Of a stretch of 64,000 bases of DNA, positions 10,419 to 20,678 are shown piece by piece. This DNA comes from Candidatus Eiseniibacteriota bacterium. GTDB lineage: Bacteria; Eisenbacteria; RBG-16-71-46; SZUA-252. The stretch covers positions 1,664,001 through 1,728,000 of the forward strand of contig OY969801.1 in NCBI GenBank assembly GCA_963703225.1. Direction: 5' to 3'. Below the pieces are notes generated by a model, which saw only the letters and a list, made by a program, of their open reading frames with translations, had not been told where the DNA came from and made no database searches. Positions within the stretch are counted from its first letter, which is position 1, and each line of letters starts with the position of its first letter. Position numbers and translations under genes: made by a program.

Positions 10419-11473
10419 GGGACCTCCTTCGCGGGAGCTTTCAGGATCCGCCGTGCGGCGGCGACCACCCGCTCCACCGAAACGTCTCGCATGCACCGCA
10501 TGTGGCGGTCTCCAGGCAACGGACAAACATTGGCGTTGCAGTGGAGGCACTCGAGACCGTCGGCTTCCAGCAAAGCGTGGGGGCCTTCCGGCGGATGCCA
10601 CGTGGTGGGGTGGGTCGGACCAAAGAGTGTAACCGTGGGAACGCCGAGCGCCACCGCGAGGTGCTTGGGGCCTGAGTCGTTTCCCACCCAGAGCGCGCAC
10701 CGTCCCAGGAGCGCCCCCAGCTCCTGCCACCCCGTCTCGGGCGCGAGAAACGAGGGAGCGCGCATGCGCGCGCGGCAGGCTTCGACCGCCTCCCGCTCGC
10801 CGGGACCCCAGCACCAGATCGCCTCGCCAACGTCCGCGAGGGCATCCATCACGGCGGCGAAGCGCTCGGGCTCCCAGGTCTTGGCGGGCCAGGACCCGGT
10901 CGGAAGGCAGGCGATCAGGGGGCGCCCGGGGGCGATCCCTGCCGCCGCGCGCCACCGCTCGATTGCCTCCTCGGCCCCGCTCGAGACCCGAACTGTGAGC
11001 GAGAGACCCCGCGGGGCAATCCCCAGCGCGCGGACAAAGTCGAGCGCGGCCTCGGGGGCGTAGCGAAGAAGCGGCCCATCCGGCCCCATCGGCTCACGTG
11101 AGAGAGCCACGGTGTACGCCCAGCTCCGTCCCCTCAGCCGATAGCCCATCCGGACCCTCGCGCGCGTCAGGGCGGTCATCAAGGCGCTACGTGGATTCGA
11201 GACCAGATCGAGAACCACGTCGTAGCCGCCGCGCAGGAGCCGGACGTAGAGGGCTGCCTGAGACGCGAGCGACCTCGGGTCAAAATCGATAATCCGATCG
11301 ACGTCTGGGTTCCCTTCGAGGATTCCGCGAAATGCGCGCGAGGTGAGGACGTCGATCGCCGTGCCCGGCAGCCCCGCCCGGAGCGCGCGAAGCGCGGGGG
11401 TGGTGAGCAGCAGATCGCCGCCCGCGCGGTGGCGGATGACCAAGAGGCGGCGGACCGGCTCAGGCGGTGGCAA
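10403..11473 (-). CDS. Glycosyltransferase family 9 (heptosyltransferase-like)
   Basis: GGDLLLTTP, KTWEPERF, VGNDSGPKHLAVALGVPTVTLFGPT, Cys-rich C-terminus. Confidence 0.9.
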   Translation of the reverse strand: MPPPEPVRRLLVIRHRAGGDLLLTTPALRALRAGLPGTAIDVLTSRAFRGILEGNPDVDRIIDFDPRSLASQAALYVRLLRGGYDVVLDLVSNPRSALMTALTRARVRMGYRLRGRSWAYTVALSREPMGPDGPLLRYAPEAALDFVRALGIAPRGLSLTVRVSSGAEEAIERWRAAAGIAPGRPLIACLPTGSWPAKTWEPERFAAVMDALADVGEAIWCWGPGEREAVEACRARMRAPSFLAPETGWQELGALLGRCALWVGNDSGPKHLAVALGVPTVTLFGPTHPTTWHPPEGPHALLEADGLECLHCNANVCPLPGDRHMRCMRDVSVERVVAAARRILKAPAKEVPCASR

Positions 11474-12542
11474 CCGATCCCTCCACGTGGGCCAGCGCCC
11501 GCCCGGTGGCTCTCAGCGCTTCGGGGACTCCGATCCAGTCCATGCAATCCATCCGCGCGCATTCGTGGCGATGGCAGGGCCGACACCAGATCTCCTTGCA
11601 GAGGAGCTGATGACCCGCGCTGGAATCGTAGGGAAACCAGATCTCGGGCACCGTGGGCCCCAGAATACCGACGGTCGGGACGCCCGAGCGCGGGCCCCGC
11701 GTGGAGCGGGCTCCCGTCGTTCGTAACCAGCGCGTCGAGCGAGGCGACGACCGCGAAGTAGCGCCGAAGCGGAAGGCCGGATAGGACCGGCGCGTCCTGC
11801 CGTCCGGCCGGCCCCGCCCCCATGGCGACCCGTATGCGCCAGCGCCTCCTCCCCTGGACCCGCCAGGACGACCCCCCTCGCGCCGAGAGTCGAAAGCAGT
11901 CGAAGCAGCGCCTGGAACCTCTCCTCGGGCCATCGCTTGGCCGGCCACCGATTTCCCACGTGGAGCCCGACCCGTCGCCGGGCCCCCGGGAGGAGCCCGC
12001 TCCACGAGGGCGGCGCCTTCGCCCCGCTCCGCATCGCTCAAGTGGATACGCGGCGTCCCCTCCGCTGGGGATAGCCCCAGCGCCCGGAGCGCGAGCAGGT
12101 GATGGTCGACCGCGGGGTAGGGCTCGACGACCCGCGGGATCGCGTGCGTGTAGAGCGCGCCTCCGGACGCGGCGATCGGGCCCGACGCGGACCGGCGCCC
12201 CGGTCCAACGCGTGAGGAGCGCGCTCCTCGGATTCCCGTAGAGGTCGATGGCCCAGTCGTACCGCGCCGCGCGGAGCCGGACCAGGAGATCGGGCGGCGC
12301 CGGGAGACCCGGCCACGCGCTCGGCGCGAAGCTCATGACCCGGCGCATCGCCGGGTGGCCCAGCGCGGCCTGCGCGGGCGCCGATTCGGCCAGGTAGTCG
12401 ATCTCGGCATTCGGGAAAGCGCTCGCGGAGCGCGTCCACCAGCGGGAGGGAGAGGATGACGTCGCCGATCTGGCGTAGCCGCGATACGAGGATCCGCCGC
12501 GGCGTGCTCTGCGACGGAAGCCTCAGCGGCCGCGCGGCCCAT
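11460..12542 (-). CDS. Second GT9 heptosyltransferase-like protein, broken by several frameshifts
   Basis: Fragments in different frames: RLRQIGDVILSLP, AIDLYGNPRS, AKRWPEERF, VTNDGSPLH, PTVGILGPT...CRPCHRHEC. Confidence 0.8.
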
Positions 12543-13044
12543 GAGAACCGCCGGAGCCCGATCCGGCTGTTTCCTGGATCCGCCGGATGACGTCGCTCGA
12601 TGCGTGTCCCTTCGGATCCCCCACGATCACCGTCCGAATGCCGAGCTCCCGCGCGACCGCGCGCTCCGGCACCGTCTCTTCCGTGTAGTCGGTCCCCTTG
12701 GCGTGGACCGCCGGCCGCAGCGATCGCAGAAGTCCCTCGACGTTGTCATCCTCGAACCAGGTCACCCAGTCGACGCACTGAAGCGCCGCGAGGATCTCGA
12801 GACGCTCGGCCAGGGGCACGATGGGCCGGCCCGCACCCTTGAGCCGGCGAGCGGAAGCGTCGGAGTTGACCGCCACGAGGAGGCGGCGGCCCGCGGCCTT
12901 CGCGCCCTCCAGGTATCGAACGTGACCGACGTGGAGCAGATCGAAGAGCCCGTTGGCGAGGACGAGACCCTCTCGCTCGCGCGGCTCCGAACGGAGCCGC
13001 TCCTCAGCAGGGCCGCCAGGTCGAGCGATCTTTTCCCGGCTCAC
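12523..13044 (-). CDS. rfaE2: D-glycero-beta-D-manno-heptose 1-phosphate adenylyltransferase (RfaE2/HldE domain II)
   Basis: ANGLFDLLHVGHVRYL, VAVNSDASARRLKG, KGTDY. Confidence 0.9.
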   Translation of the reverse strand: MSREKIARPGGPAEERLRSEPREREGLVLANGLFDLLHVGHVRYLEGAKAAGRRLLVAVNSDASARRLKGAGRPIVPLAERLEILAALQCVDWVTWFEDDNVEGLLRSLRPAVHAKGTDYTEETVPERAVARELGIRTVIVGDPKGHASSDVIRRIQETAGSGSGGSHGPRGR

Positions 13045-14062
13045 AGGCGGACCCGCGGGACGGGATGGCGGTGAAGCGCGGCCGCTCGAGCTCGGCCCGG
13101 TCGACCGTCGCCGTCCCCCGCTTCATCACGACGACCGAGGCGGCATACGTCGCGAGGAGCGCCGCTTCGAGATGAGACGCGCCGGCGGCGAGCGCGAGGG
13201 CGGCCGCCGCGGAGACCGCGTCCCCCGCGCCGGTCACGTCGGCCACGTCCGAGGAGCCGACGATCGGGATCCGAGCGGGTCTTTGGCCCCGCTCGAACAG
13301 AAGCATGCCGTCGCTCCCCCGCGTGATCCAGACCCCGCGCGCCGAGGCGCGTCGGAGAAGCTCCTCCCCTGCCTTCCTCAGCGATCGAAGCTCCAGCGAC
13401 GGGAGGTGGAACGCTTCCTGGACCTCGTGCTCGTTTGGCGTGAGCAAGCTGGCACCCCGGAACGAGCGAAGCGCGTACCGCGAATCGACCACGACCGGGA
13501 TTTTGGCCCGCTTGGCCGCGTGAAGCGCGGCGGTTCGGATCGTGCGGCCGAGGGTGCCGTATCCGTAATCCGAGAGCAGCACCGCGCGGGCACCGCGCAG
13601 GGCGCGGACGGCGATTTGGGCGAGCACCCGCTCGGCGGCGGGCGTCCACGTCGACCGGCTGGCCCCGATCCAGACGCACGATCTGCTGCCGGGAGGTGTG
13701 GCTCGACCCGGCGAGGATCCGCGTCTTCACGATCGTCGCCGCGTCCCCGTCGCGCGTCAGCCATCGGCGATCGAGCCCGTGGGCGCGGAGCGCGCGGGCG
13801 AGCGCCGCTCCCGAGCGGTCGCGCCCACCCGTCCGACGAGCCGAGGGCTCCCGCCCAGGGAACGGACGTTCATCGCGGCGTTCGCCGCGCCGCCCGGCAC
13901 GGTCCGCTCCTCTTCGAACTCCAAGATCAGAACCGGCGCCTCGCGGGAAATTCGGGAGGATCGTCCCACCCAGTACCGGTCCAAGACCAGATCCCCGATC
14001 ACCGCGATCGGCTGCCTGGTCATCGCGTCCGCGATCTCGAGGAGCCGCTCCCGGTCGGGCAT
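13004..14062 (-). CDS. rfaE1: Heptose 7-phosphate kinase (RfaE1/HldE domain I, PfkB family), frameshifted
   Basis: GDLVLDRY...RISREAPV, PGGAANAA, KTRILAG, LSDYGYG, TPNEHE, DVTGAGD spread over several frames. Confidence 0.85.
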
Positions 14063-14070
14063 CGCGGGCT

Positions 14071-15228
14071 TCAACGCCGGCTCCTCGCCGCCGCGAGGTC
14101 GGCGATCCTGGCCCGCGCCCACCGATCGGCGGTCCAGAGCGGCTCGAGCGACGTGAGCGACGCGGGCTGGTGCTCGCTCAAGACCTCGTCGACCAGCCGC
14201 GTCAGGTCGTCGAACCCGATCGCACCCTTGAGGAAGAGCCGGACCGCCTCCTCGTCGGCCGCGTTCAGCACCGCGGGCGCGGTCCCTCCCATCGCGAGCG
14301 CCTTTCGCGCCAGCGAGAGCCCGGGGCAGCGCGCCGGATCGGGCGCCTCGAACTCGAGCCCCTGAAGCGACGCGACGTCGAGACGCGGCAAGGACGCGCT
14401 CCAGCGCTCCGGGTAACTCAGCGCGTAGAGGATCGGGAGGCGCATGTCGGGACGGGAGAGCTGCGCCACCGTCGAGCCATCCACGAATTCAACCATCCCG
14501 TGGACGATCGACTGCGGGTGGATGACCACCTCGATCCGCTCGGATGGAATCCCGAAGAGCCAGCGGGCTTCGATGATCTCGAATCCCTTGTTCACCAATG
14601 TGGCGCTGTCGACCGTGATTCGCTCCCCCATCGACCAGGTCGGATGCCGCAGCACCTCCTCGGGGGTCGCGCGATGAAGCGTCCCAGGATCCCGGCGCAA
14701 GAAGGGTCCTCCCGAGGCCGTCAGGATGAGCCGCCGAACGGAGTCGAACGGCTTGGCGCCGAGGAGCTGATGGAGGGCGCAGTGCTCCGAGTCGACCGGC
14801 ACCATCGTCCCGCCGTGCTCGCGGGCGATCGCGACCAGAAGCTCGCCGCCCAGCACGACCGATTCCTTGTTGGCGAGCGCGACGCGCTTTCCCGCTCGGA
14901 GCGCGGCGACCGTGGGAGATAACCCCGCGCTTCCGACGAGCGCGTTCAGGACCACGTCGACGCCGGGATCCTGGGCGAGCTGGGCCACTCCTTCCTCGCC
15001 CTCCAGGACCTCTCCTTTGAAGCGGCGCCGCGCCCGGGACGCGGCCTCGGGATCGGCGAGGGCGATCCGGGAAACGCCGAATTCCTCCGCCGCCCGGATC
15101 AGCGCCTCCTCGTTCCCGCGGGCGGAGAGGGAGACGAGGCGGATCCGGTCGCGGAATTCGCGCGCCAGCTCCAGAGCGGAGGCCCCGATCGAGCCGGTCG
15201 CCCCCAGGAGCGCCACCTGGATCGTCAT
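14071..15228 (-). CDS. dxr: 1-deoxy-D-xylulose 5-phosphate reductoisomerase
   Basis: LGATGSIG, ALANKES, PVDSEH, HPTWSMG, NKGFEIIEA, HPQSIVH. Confidence 0.97.
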   Translation of the reverse strand: MTIQVALLGATGSIGASALELAREFRDRIRLVSLSARGNEEALIRAAEEFGVSRIALADPEAASRARRRFKGEVLEGEEGVAQLAQDPGVDVVLNALVGSAGLSPTVAALRAGKRVALANKESVVLGGELLVAIAREHGGTMVPVDSEHCALHQLLGAKPFDSVRRLILTASGGPFLRRDPGTLHRATPEEVLRHPTWSMGERITVDSATLVNKGFEIIEARWLFGIPSERIEVVIHPQSIVHGMVEFVDGSTVAQLSRPDMRLPILYALSYPERWSASLPRLDVASLQGLEFEAPDPARCPGLSLARKALAMGGTAPAVLNAADEEAVRLFLKGAIGFDDLTRLVDEVLSEHQPASLTSLEPLWTADRWARARIADLAAARSRR

Positions 15229-16085
15229 GAGAGCACCCGGAAAATGAGGAAGTAATAGACGATCGGCGCCGTGAACAGGAGGCTGTCGAACCGGTCGAGG
15301 ACGCCCCCGTGTCCGGGGATCAGGCGGGAGGAGTCCTTGGTCTCGGCGTCCCGCTTGAGGAGCGACTCGACCAGGTCTCCCAGCTGCCCAAAGACGCCCA
15401 CCAGGAGCCCGAGCAGGACGGCGTCGATCGGGGCCAAGTAAGGCGCGAACCAGGCGCGCGCCCAGAACGCCGCGCCGATCGCGACCAAGAGCCCCGCGAC
15501 TCCTCCCTCGACCGACTTTTGGGGGCTGACCGAGGGCATCATCTTGGTTCTCCCGAACGCGCGGCCGACGCCGTAGGCGACCGTGTCGCACGTCCAGGTG
15601 AGAAAGAACGGGAGGAGCGCGAACGACATCCCCTCGGCGTAGGGCCGATGAAAGAGTCGGGGCAGCTCCCGGAGCAGGTCGAGGTGACAGCCGAGCCAAC
15701 CGATGTAGAGGACCCCGAGAAAGGTGGCCGCGCTGTTCGCGACAGCCTGCTTTCCCGCGCCCCGGCGCAGCTCGGCCAACAGAATCGCTCCGATCAGGAC
15801 CGTGAAGAAGGCGCCGCCATGCCACTCCTCGAGCCGGTGGGTCCGGGCCCTGAGGTAGCCCGCGATGGGCAGAAGGAGCACGGCGAACATGCCCGACTTC
15901 CAGTGCGGCGAGAGCCCCTTGGCCTCGAGGAGTGTGTAGAACTCCCGCAGTCCCAGGCCCACGACGAGAAGCGTGAAGAGGAGGTAGACGATGCCGCCCT
16001 GCCACGCCATGGCGACGAGGAGGGGAAGAAAGACGACGGCGCTCAGGACCCGCGCGGGAAGCGAAACGTCCTGGGCGCCGCTCAC
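15225..16085 (-). CDS. cdsA: Phosphatidate cytidylyltransferase
   Basis: Multi-TM; SPQKSVEG, GDLVESLLKRDAETKDS...PGHGGVLDRFDS. Confidence 0.96.
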   Translation of the reverse strand: MSGAQDVSLPARVLSAVVFLPLLVAMAWQGGIVYLLFTLLVVGLGLREFYTLLEAKGLSPHWKSGMFAVLLLPIAGYLRARTHRLEEWHGGAFFTVLIGAILLAELRRGAGKQAVANSAATFLGVLYIGWLGCHLDLLRELPRLFHRPYAEGMSFALLPFFLTWTCDTVAYGVGRAFGRTKMMPSVSPQKSVEGGVAGLLVAIGAAFWARAWFAPYLAPIDAVLLGLLVGVFGQLGDLVESLLKRDAETKDSSRLIPGHGGVLDRFDSLLFTAPIVYYFLIFRVLS

Positions 16086-16098
16086 CGCCTGTCCCCCG

Positions 16099-16845
16099 TC
16101 AATCCGCGCGGCCGAAACGACGACTCCGGTGCTGGAAGTCATGGACCGCCTCGTAGAGATGTTTCCTCCGGAAGTCGGGCCACAGCGTGTCGGTGACCCA
16201 GAATTCGGAATAGGCGGCCTGCCAGAGGAGGAAGTTGGAGATCCGAAGCTCTCCGCTGGTGCGGATCAGAAGGTCCGGATCGGGGAGCCCGTTGGTGTCG
16301 AGGCGATGCCGGAAGAACTCCTCGTCGATCTTGCCGAGCGGGATTCGCCGCTCCCGATCGGCGGTCACGATCCGCCTCGCCGCGTCGACGATCTCGGCGC
16401 GGCCGCCGTACGAGAGAGCCAGCACCAGGGTGAGCCCGGTCGAGGCCGAGAGAAACTCGCGCGTGTCGTTGAGGATCTTCTGGCTGTGCTCCGGCAAGAG
16501 GTCCACCCGCCCGATGGTACGGAGCTGGACGTTGTTCCGTTTCAGCTCCTCCCTCTCGTCCTTGAGCACCTGCTCGAGGATCCGCATCAGCCCTCGAACC
16601 TCGCGCGGGGTGCGCTCCCAATTCTCGAGGGAGAACGTGTAGAGGGTGAGAACCTTGACCCCCAGCTCCACGCACCCCTCCACCGCCTCGCGGACCGCGC
16701 GGCGCCCCGCCTGGTGACCCATGAGGCGCGGGAGCCCGCGACGCTTGGCCCACCGGCCGTTCCCGTCCATGATGATCGCGATGTGCGCCGGCACGGGCCG
16801 CCGTTGGATCTGGTCGAGCGTGGGACTCTTGGCGGAGAGGCTCAT
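16099..16845 (-). CDS. uppS: Undecaprenyl diphosphate synthase
   Basis: HIAIIMDGNGRWA, FSLENWER, DLLIRTSGELRISNFLLWQ. Confidence 0.98.
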   Translation of the reverse strand: MSLSAKSPTLDQIQRRPVPAHIAIIMDGNGRWAKRRGLPRLMGHQAGRRAVREAVEGCVELGVKVLTLYTFSLENWERTPREVRGLMRILEQVLKDEREELKRNNVQLRTIGRVDLLPEHSQKILNDTREFLSASTGLTLVLALSYGGRAEIVDAARRIVTADRERRIPLGKIDEEFFRHRLDTNGLPDPDLLIRTSGELRISNFLLWQAAYSEFWVTDTLWPDFRRKHLYEAVHDFQHRSRRFGRAD

Positions 16846-16874
16846 CAGATTCGAGGCGTGGGAAGCGAAGTCGG

Positions 16875-17432
16875 TCAGACCTCCATGACTTCGGCCTGCT
16901 TCTTGTGAAACAAGTCGTCCAGGAGTGCGATGTATCGGTCGGTCAGCTTCTGGATCTCCGTCTGGGTCTTCTTGCTGTCATCTTCCGAGATTTTGTGTTC
17001 CCGTTCCAGCTTTTTCAGTTCGTCGTTGGACTCGCGCCGGATCGTCCGGACGCGCACCCGGCCATCCTCCACGATCTTGCCCAGGACCTTCACCAGATCC
17101 TTCCTCCGCTCCTCGGTGAGGGGCGGAAGTGCCAGCCGGACGACCGTACCGTCGTCGACCGGGTTCAGCCCGAGGTCGGATTTCTGGATCGACTTCACGA
17201 TCTCCGGCAGGACCGAACGCTCCCAGGGCTGGATGACCAGGAGCCTGGCCTCCGGCGCGCTGACGCTGGCGACCTGCTGGAGCGGCACCGGGTTTCCGTA
17301 GTATTCCACGCGGATTCCGTCCAAGAGCGACGTCGTCGCCTTGCTCGTGCGGATCGTCGCGACCTCGTGCCGGATGGTGTCGACCGCTTTCTTCATCCGG
17401 TCCTCGGCGCCCTTCACATGCTTTGGGTCCAT
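16875..17432 (-). CDS. frr: Ribosome recycling factor
   Basis: VEYYG, SDLGLNP, PPLTEERRKDLVK; conserved synteny. Confidence 0.98.
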   Translation of the reverse strand: MDPKHVKGAEDRMKKAVDTIRHEVATIRTSKATTSLLDGIRVEYYGNPVPLQQVASVSAPEARLLVIQPWERSVLPEIVKSIQKSDLGLNPVDDGTVVRLALPPLTEERRKDLVKVLGKIVEDGRVRVRTIRRESNDELKKLEREHKISEDDSKKTQTEIQKLTDRYIALLDDLFHKKQAEVMEV

Positions 17433-17433
17433 C

Positions 17434-18153
17434 CTAGACCTCCACGGCCACGCGTGTACCCACCGTTTCCCCGCGGAGCGCCCGGGCCAGATTCCCCGGA
17501 ACGGTCACGTTGAAGACCACGATGGGTAGCCGGTTCTCCATGCCCATGGTGAACGCTGTTTGGTCCATCACGCTCAGCCGCCGCTCGATGGCCTCGCGAT
17601 AGCGCAGCACCTCGAAGAGGGTGGCGGCGGGATTTCGCCGAGGATCCTCGCTGAAGACGCCGTCCACCTTGGTCGCCTTGAGGAGCACGCTCGCCCCGAT
17701 CTCAACCGCGCGAAGCACCGCGGCGGTGTCGGTGGTGAAGTAGGGGTGGCCCGTCCCGGCGGCCAGGATCACGATCCGAGCCTTTTCCAGGTGGCGCACC
17801 GCGCGCCTCCGGATGTACGGCTCGGCGAGCGTCCGCATCTCGATCGCGCTCAGAACGCGCGTCGTCATGCCGCGGTGCTCCAGCGCGTCTTGAAGCGCCA
17901 GCGCGTTGATCACGGTGCCGAGCATGCCCATGCTGTCGGCGGTGGTCCGGTCCAGCTCGTCTCCGGCGGCGGCGGTCCCTCGAATGATGTTGCCGCCCCC
18001 GATCACGATCCCGATCTCCACGTGCGCGTCGTGCCCTTCGCGAATTTCGTCCGCGATTCGCCCCAGCGCCGCGGCGTCGATGCCCTTGCCCGCCTCGCCG
18101 GCCAATATTTCCCCGCTCAGCTTGACGAGGACGCGCCGGCGCTGCTTGTCCAT
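17434..18153 (-). CDS. pyrH: UMP kinase
   Basis: VKLSGE, GGGNIIRG, GHPYFTTDTAA, KATKVDGV. Confidence 0.98.
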   Translation of the reverse strand: MDKQRRRVLVKLSGEILAGEAGKGIDAAALGRIADEIREGHDAHVEIGIVIGGGNIIRGTAAAGDELDRTTADSMGMLGTVINALALQDALEHRGMTTRVLSAIEMRTLAEPYIRRRAVRHLEKARIVILAAGTGHPYFTTDTAAVLRAVEIGASVLLKATKVDGVFSEDPRRNPAATLFEVLRYREAIERRLSVMDQTAFTMGMENRLPIVVFNVTVPGNLARALRGETVGTRVAVEV

Positions 18154-18158
18154 GAGGG

Positions 18159-18755
18159 TCAGGCGTCTCCGATGCGGTACTTGGTAAACCGCCGCACGAC
18201 GATGTTCTCTCCCAATTTGGCGATCGCCTGGTCAAGCAGGTCCTTCACCTTGCGGCCGGGATCCTTGATGAAGGGCTGTTCCAGAAGGGCGATCTCCTCG
18301 TAGAGCTTCTCGATCCGGCCGTCGACGATCTTCTGGAGCACGGCCTCGGGCTTGCCCGACGCCTTGGCCTGCTCCATGAGGATGGCCCGTTCCCGCGCCA
18401 GGAGGGCGGGATCGATCGCCGCGCGATCGACAGCCTGAGCGTTTGTCGCGGCCACCTGCATGGCCAGATTCCGCACCAGATCCCGGAAGTCATCGGTCCG
18501 CGCGACAAAGTCGGTCTCGCAGTCCACCTCGATCAAGACCCCGATCTGATCCCCGGGGTGTATGTAGGCGTGGACGATGCCCTCGCGCGCCTCGCGGCCC
18601 GCTTTGGATGACGCGCGCGCCATCCCCGATTTGCGGAGGACGTCGATCGCCTGTTCGATATTGCCGCTCGCCTCGGAGAGGGCCTTCTTGCATTCCATCA
18701 TGGCCGCGCCGGTCCGCTCGCGCAGCTCCTTGACGAGCGAGGCGGTGATCGTCAT
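18159..18755 (-). CDS. tsf: Elongation factor Ts (short form)
   Basis: VKELRERTGAAMMECKKAL, CETDFVA, GENIVVRRF. Confidence 0.98.
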   Translation of the reverse strand: MTITASLVKELRERTGAAMMECKKALSEASGNIEQAIDVLRKSGMARASSKAGREAREGIVHAYIHPGDQIGVLIEVDCETDFVARTDDFRDLVRNLAMQVAATNAQAVDRAAIDPALLARERAILMEQAKASGKPEAVLQKIVDGRIEKLYEEIALLEQPFIKDPGRKVKDLLDQAIAKLGENIVVRRFTKYRIGDA

Positions 18756-18802
18756 TCCCTTACTCCTTCCTTCGATTGCATTCGGGTTCGAGCCGGGCCG
18801 GG

Positions 18803-19570
18803 TCAGGCGCTGGCGACGACGTTGGGCTCTGGCGTGGCCGCGGCGGCGCCCGCGGCCGCTTCAGCCGCGAGATCGGCGCCCTCCTTCGCCTCTTGGCGCG
18901 AGGAGAGCAGCGTGTCGCTCACAAACCGCGCGAAGACCCGGATCGCGCGGATGGCGTCGTCGTTTCCCGGCAGCGGGAAATCGATGACATCGGGATCGCA
19001 GTTCGTATCGACGACCCCGATGACGGGAAGTCCGAGACGGTTGGCTTCGGCCACCGCGATCCGCTCCTTCTTCGTGTCGATCACGAACACCGCCGCGGGG
19101 AGCTGGGTCATCTCCTTGATCCCGGTGAAGATCTTCTCCAGCCGGGTCCGCTCCTTGCCGATCTGCGCCTGCTCCTTCTTGGAGAGACGCTCGAGCGTGC
19201 CGTCGGCATCCATCCGATCGATTTCCTTGAACCGGCGGATGTTCGACTTGATCGTCTTGAAGTTGGTCAGCATGCCGCCGAGCCACCGCTCGTTGACGTA
19301 CGGCATGTTGCTGCGGGTGGCCTCCTCCATGATCGCGTCCTTGGCCTGCCGCTTGGTGCCGACGAAGAGGACGTTTCCGCCCTTCTTGCCGATGCCTTCG
19401 AGGAGGGTGCGCGCGTCGTGGAGGGCCTTGAGCGTCTTCTGAAGATCGATGATGTAGATCCCGTTCCGCTCGATGAAGATGAACTTCTTCATCTTGGGGT
19501 TCCAGCGGCGGGTCTGGTGCCCGAAGTGGACGCCCGCTTCGAGCAGTTCCTTCATGCCGATGTCAGCCAA
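18803..19570 (-). CDS. rpsB: 30S ribosomal protein S2
   Basis: [39 protein letters not shown] start with GGAGG upstream. Confidence 0.98.
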   Translation of the reverse strand: MADIGMKELLEAGVHFGHQTRRWNPKMKKFIFIERNGIYIIDLQKTLKALHDARTLLEGIGKKGGNVLFVGTKRQAKDAIMEEATRSNMPYVNERWLGGMLTNFKTIKSNIRRFKEIDRMDADGTLERLSKKEQAQIGKERTRLEKIFTGIKEMTQLPAAVFVIDTKKERIAVAEANRLGLPVIGVVDTNCDPDVIDFPLPGNDDAIRAIRVFARFVSDTLLSSRQEAKEGADLAAEAAAGAAAATPEPNVVASA

Positions 19571-19579
19571 TCGAATGTC

Positions 19580-19662
19580 CTCCGGTCTTGAACCTCCGCC
19601 CCATCGATCCGCGCGGCCCCCCTCGGGGAGACCGGCCGCGACGGCCCGGGGCGTGCGTAGTG
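19580..19662 (-). promoter_or_regulatory. Probable S2 autoregulatory leader of rpsB
   Basis: Minus strand reads ACGCACGCCCC...inner stem...GGGGCGGAGG-TTCAAGACC-GGAGG, resembling the rpsB leader architecture as recalled; not tested against a covariance model. Confidence 0.55.
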
Positions 19663-19696
19663 GCGGGACCGTCTCTCGGGCCCGCGTGAAACGAGA

Positions 19697-20092
19697 TTAC
19701 CGCTTCGAGAACTGGAACCGCTTGCGGGCGCCCGCCTGCCCGTACTTCTTCCGCTCTTTCATCCGAGCGTCGCGGGTCAGGAAACCCTCCTTGCCCAAGA
19801 GGCCACGGAGGGTGGGATCCATCAACTGGAGAGCGCGCGCGACGCCGAGCGAGATCGCTCCCGCCTGGCCCGCGTGCCCGCCGCCGTGGACGGTCGCCTC
19901 GAGGTCGAACTTCTCGATGGTGTTGCTCACCGCGAGCGGCCCGATCGCCTGCCGGCTCAGCGTGATTCGCGAGAAATAGCGGTCGAGATCGACGCCGTTG
20001 ACCGTGCGCTTGCCGGCCCCCGGTACGAGGCGAACGCGCGCGACCGAGGTCTTCCTTCGCCCGGTGCCGAGGAATGGAGTCGCCAGTGTCAC
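19697..20092 (-). CDS. rpsI: 30S ribosomal protein S9
   Basis: [41 protein letters not shown]. Confidence 0.98.
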   Translation of the reverse strand: MTLATPFLGTGRRKTSVARVRLVPGAGKRTVNGVDLDRYFSRITLSRQAIGPLAVSNTIEKFDLEATVHGGGHAGQAGAISLGVARALQLMDPTLRGLLGKEGFLTRDARMKERKKYGQAGARKRFQFSKR

Positions 20093-20547
20093 TCACCTCC
20101 CGTCTGGAACTTGCCGTCCGACCAGGGAAACGGCTGCGGCTTTTGGGCCACATGAGGATGGTCGGTGCCGGCGTAAATCTTGAGTTTCTTGATCATGGCC
20201 CGGCCCAAGCTGTTCTTGGGAAGCATTCCCTTCACGGCGAGGCGAAGGATCTCTTCCGGCTGGGCCGCCTGCAAATCGCGAAACCGGGTCAGCGTGTGGC
20301 CGCCCGGGTACAGCGAGTGGCGGAAATAGATCTTGTTGTCGCGCTTCCTCCCCGTCACCCGCACCTTCTGCGCGTTGACCACGATGACGTGGTCCCCAAC
20401 GTCCAGGTGGGGCGAGTAGGTCGGCTTGCGCTTGCCCTTCAAGACGCTCGCGATTTCACTCGCGAGGCGCCCGAGGATTTGACCGTCGGCATCCGCGATG
20501 TACCAATCCTGACGGATCTCCGAGGCGCGGACCGAAACCGTGCCCAT
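20089..20547 (-). CDS. rplM: 50S ribosomal protein L13
   Basis: [38 protein letters not shown]. Confidence 0.98.
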   Translation of the reverse strand: MGTVSVRASEIRQDWYIADADGQILGRLASEIASVLKGKRKPTYSPHLDVGDHVIVVNAQKVRVTGRKRDNKIYFRHSLYPGGHTLTRFRDLQAAQPEEILRLAVKGMLPKNSLGRAMIKKLKIYAGTDHPHVAQKPQPFPWSDGKFQTGGE

Positions 20548-20589
20548 CAGACGACCTCCCATGGTTCGCTTAGAAAGACCAAACGCAAG

Positions 20590-20619
20590 AGGTTATCAGG
20601 CCTGGCTCGTCCCTGTCAA
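20590..20619 (-). promoter_or_regulatory. sigma70-like promoter of the rplM operon
   Basis: TTGACA-N18-TAACCT with an extended-10 TG. Confidence 0.7.
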
Positions 20620-20678
20620 CCCGCCTCCCTGCGGTCTCCGAGGCACGACCCCGGGGAAAGTCGTCGCGTCCCTGGGTC

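Noticed and set aside
14071..16005. Long N-terminal extensions on dxr (also tpiA, GT2, GT4, tkt-C in the ORF track)
   Set aside because: The extensions overlap upstream genes out of frame; proper starts lie at the stop/start overlaps.
18159..18755. Truncated EF-Ts
   Set aside because: The roughly 200-aa form is a known natural variant and both termini are intact.
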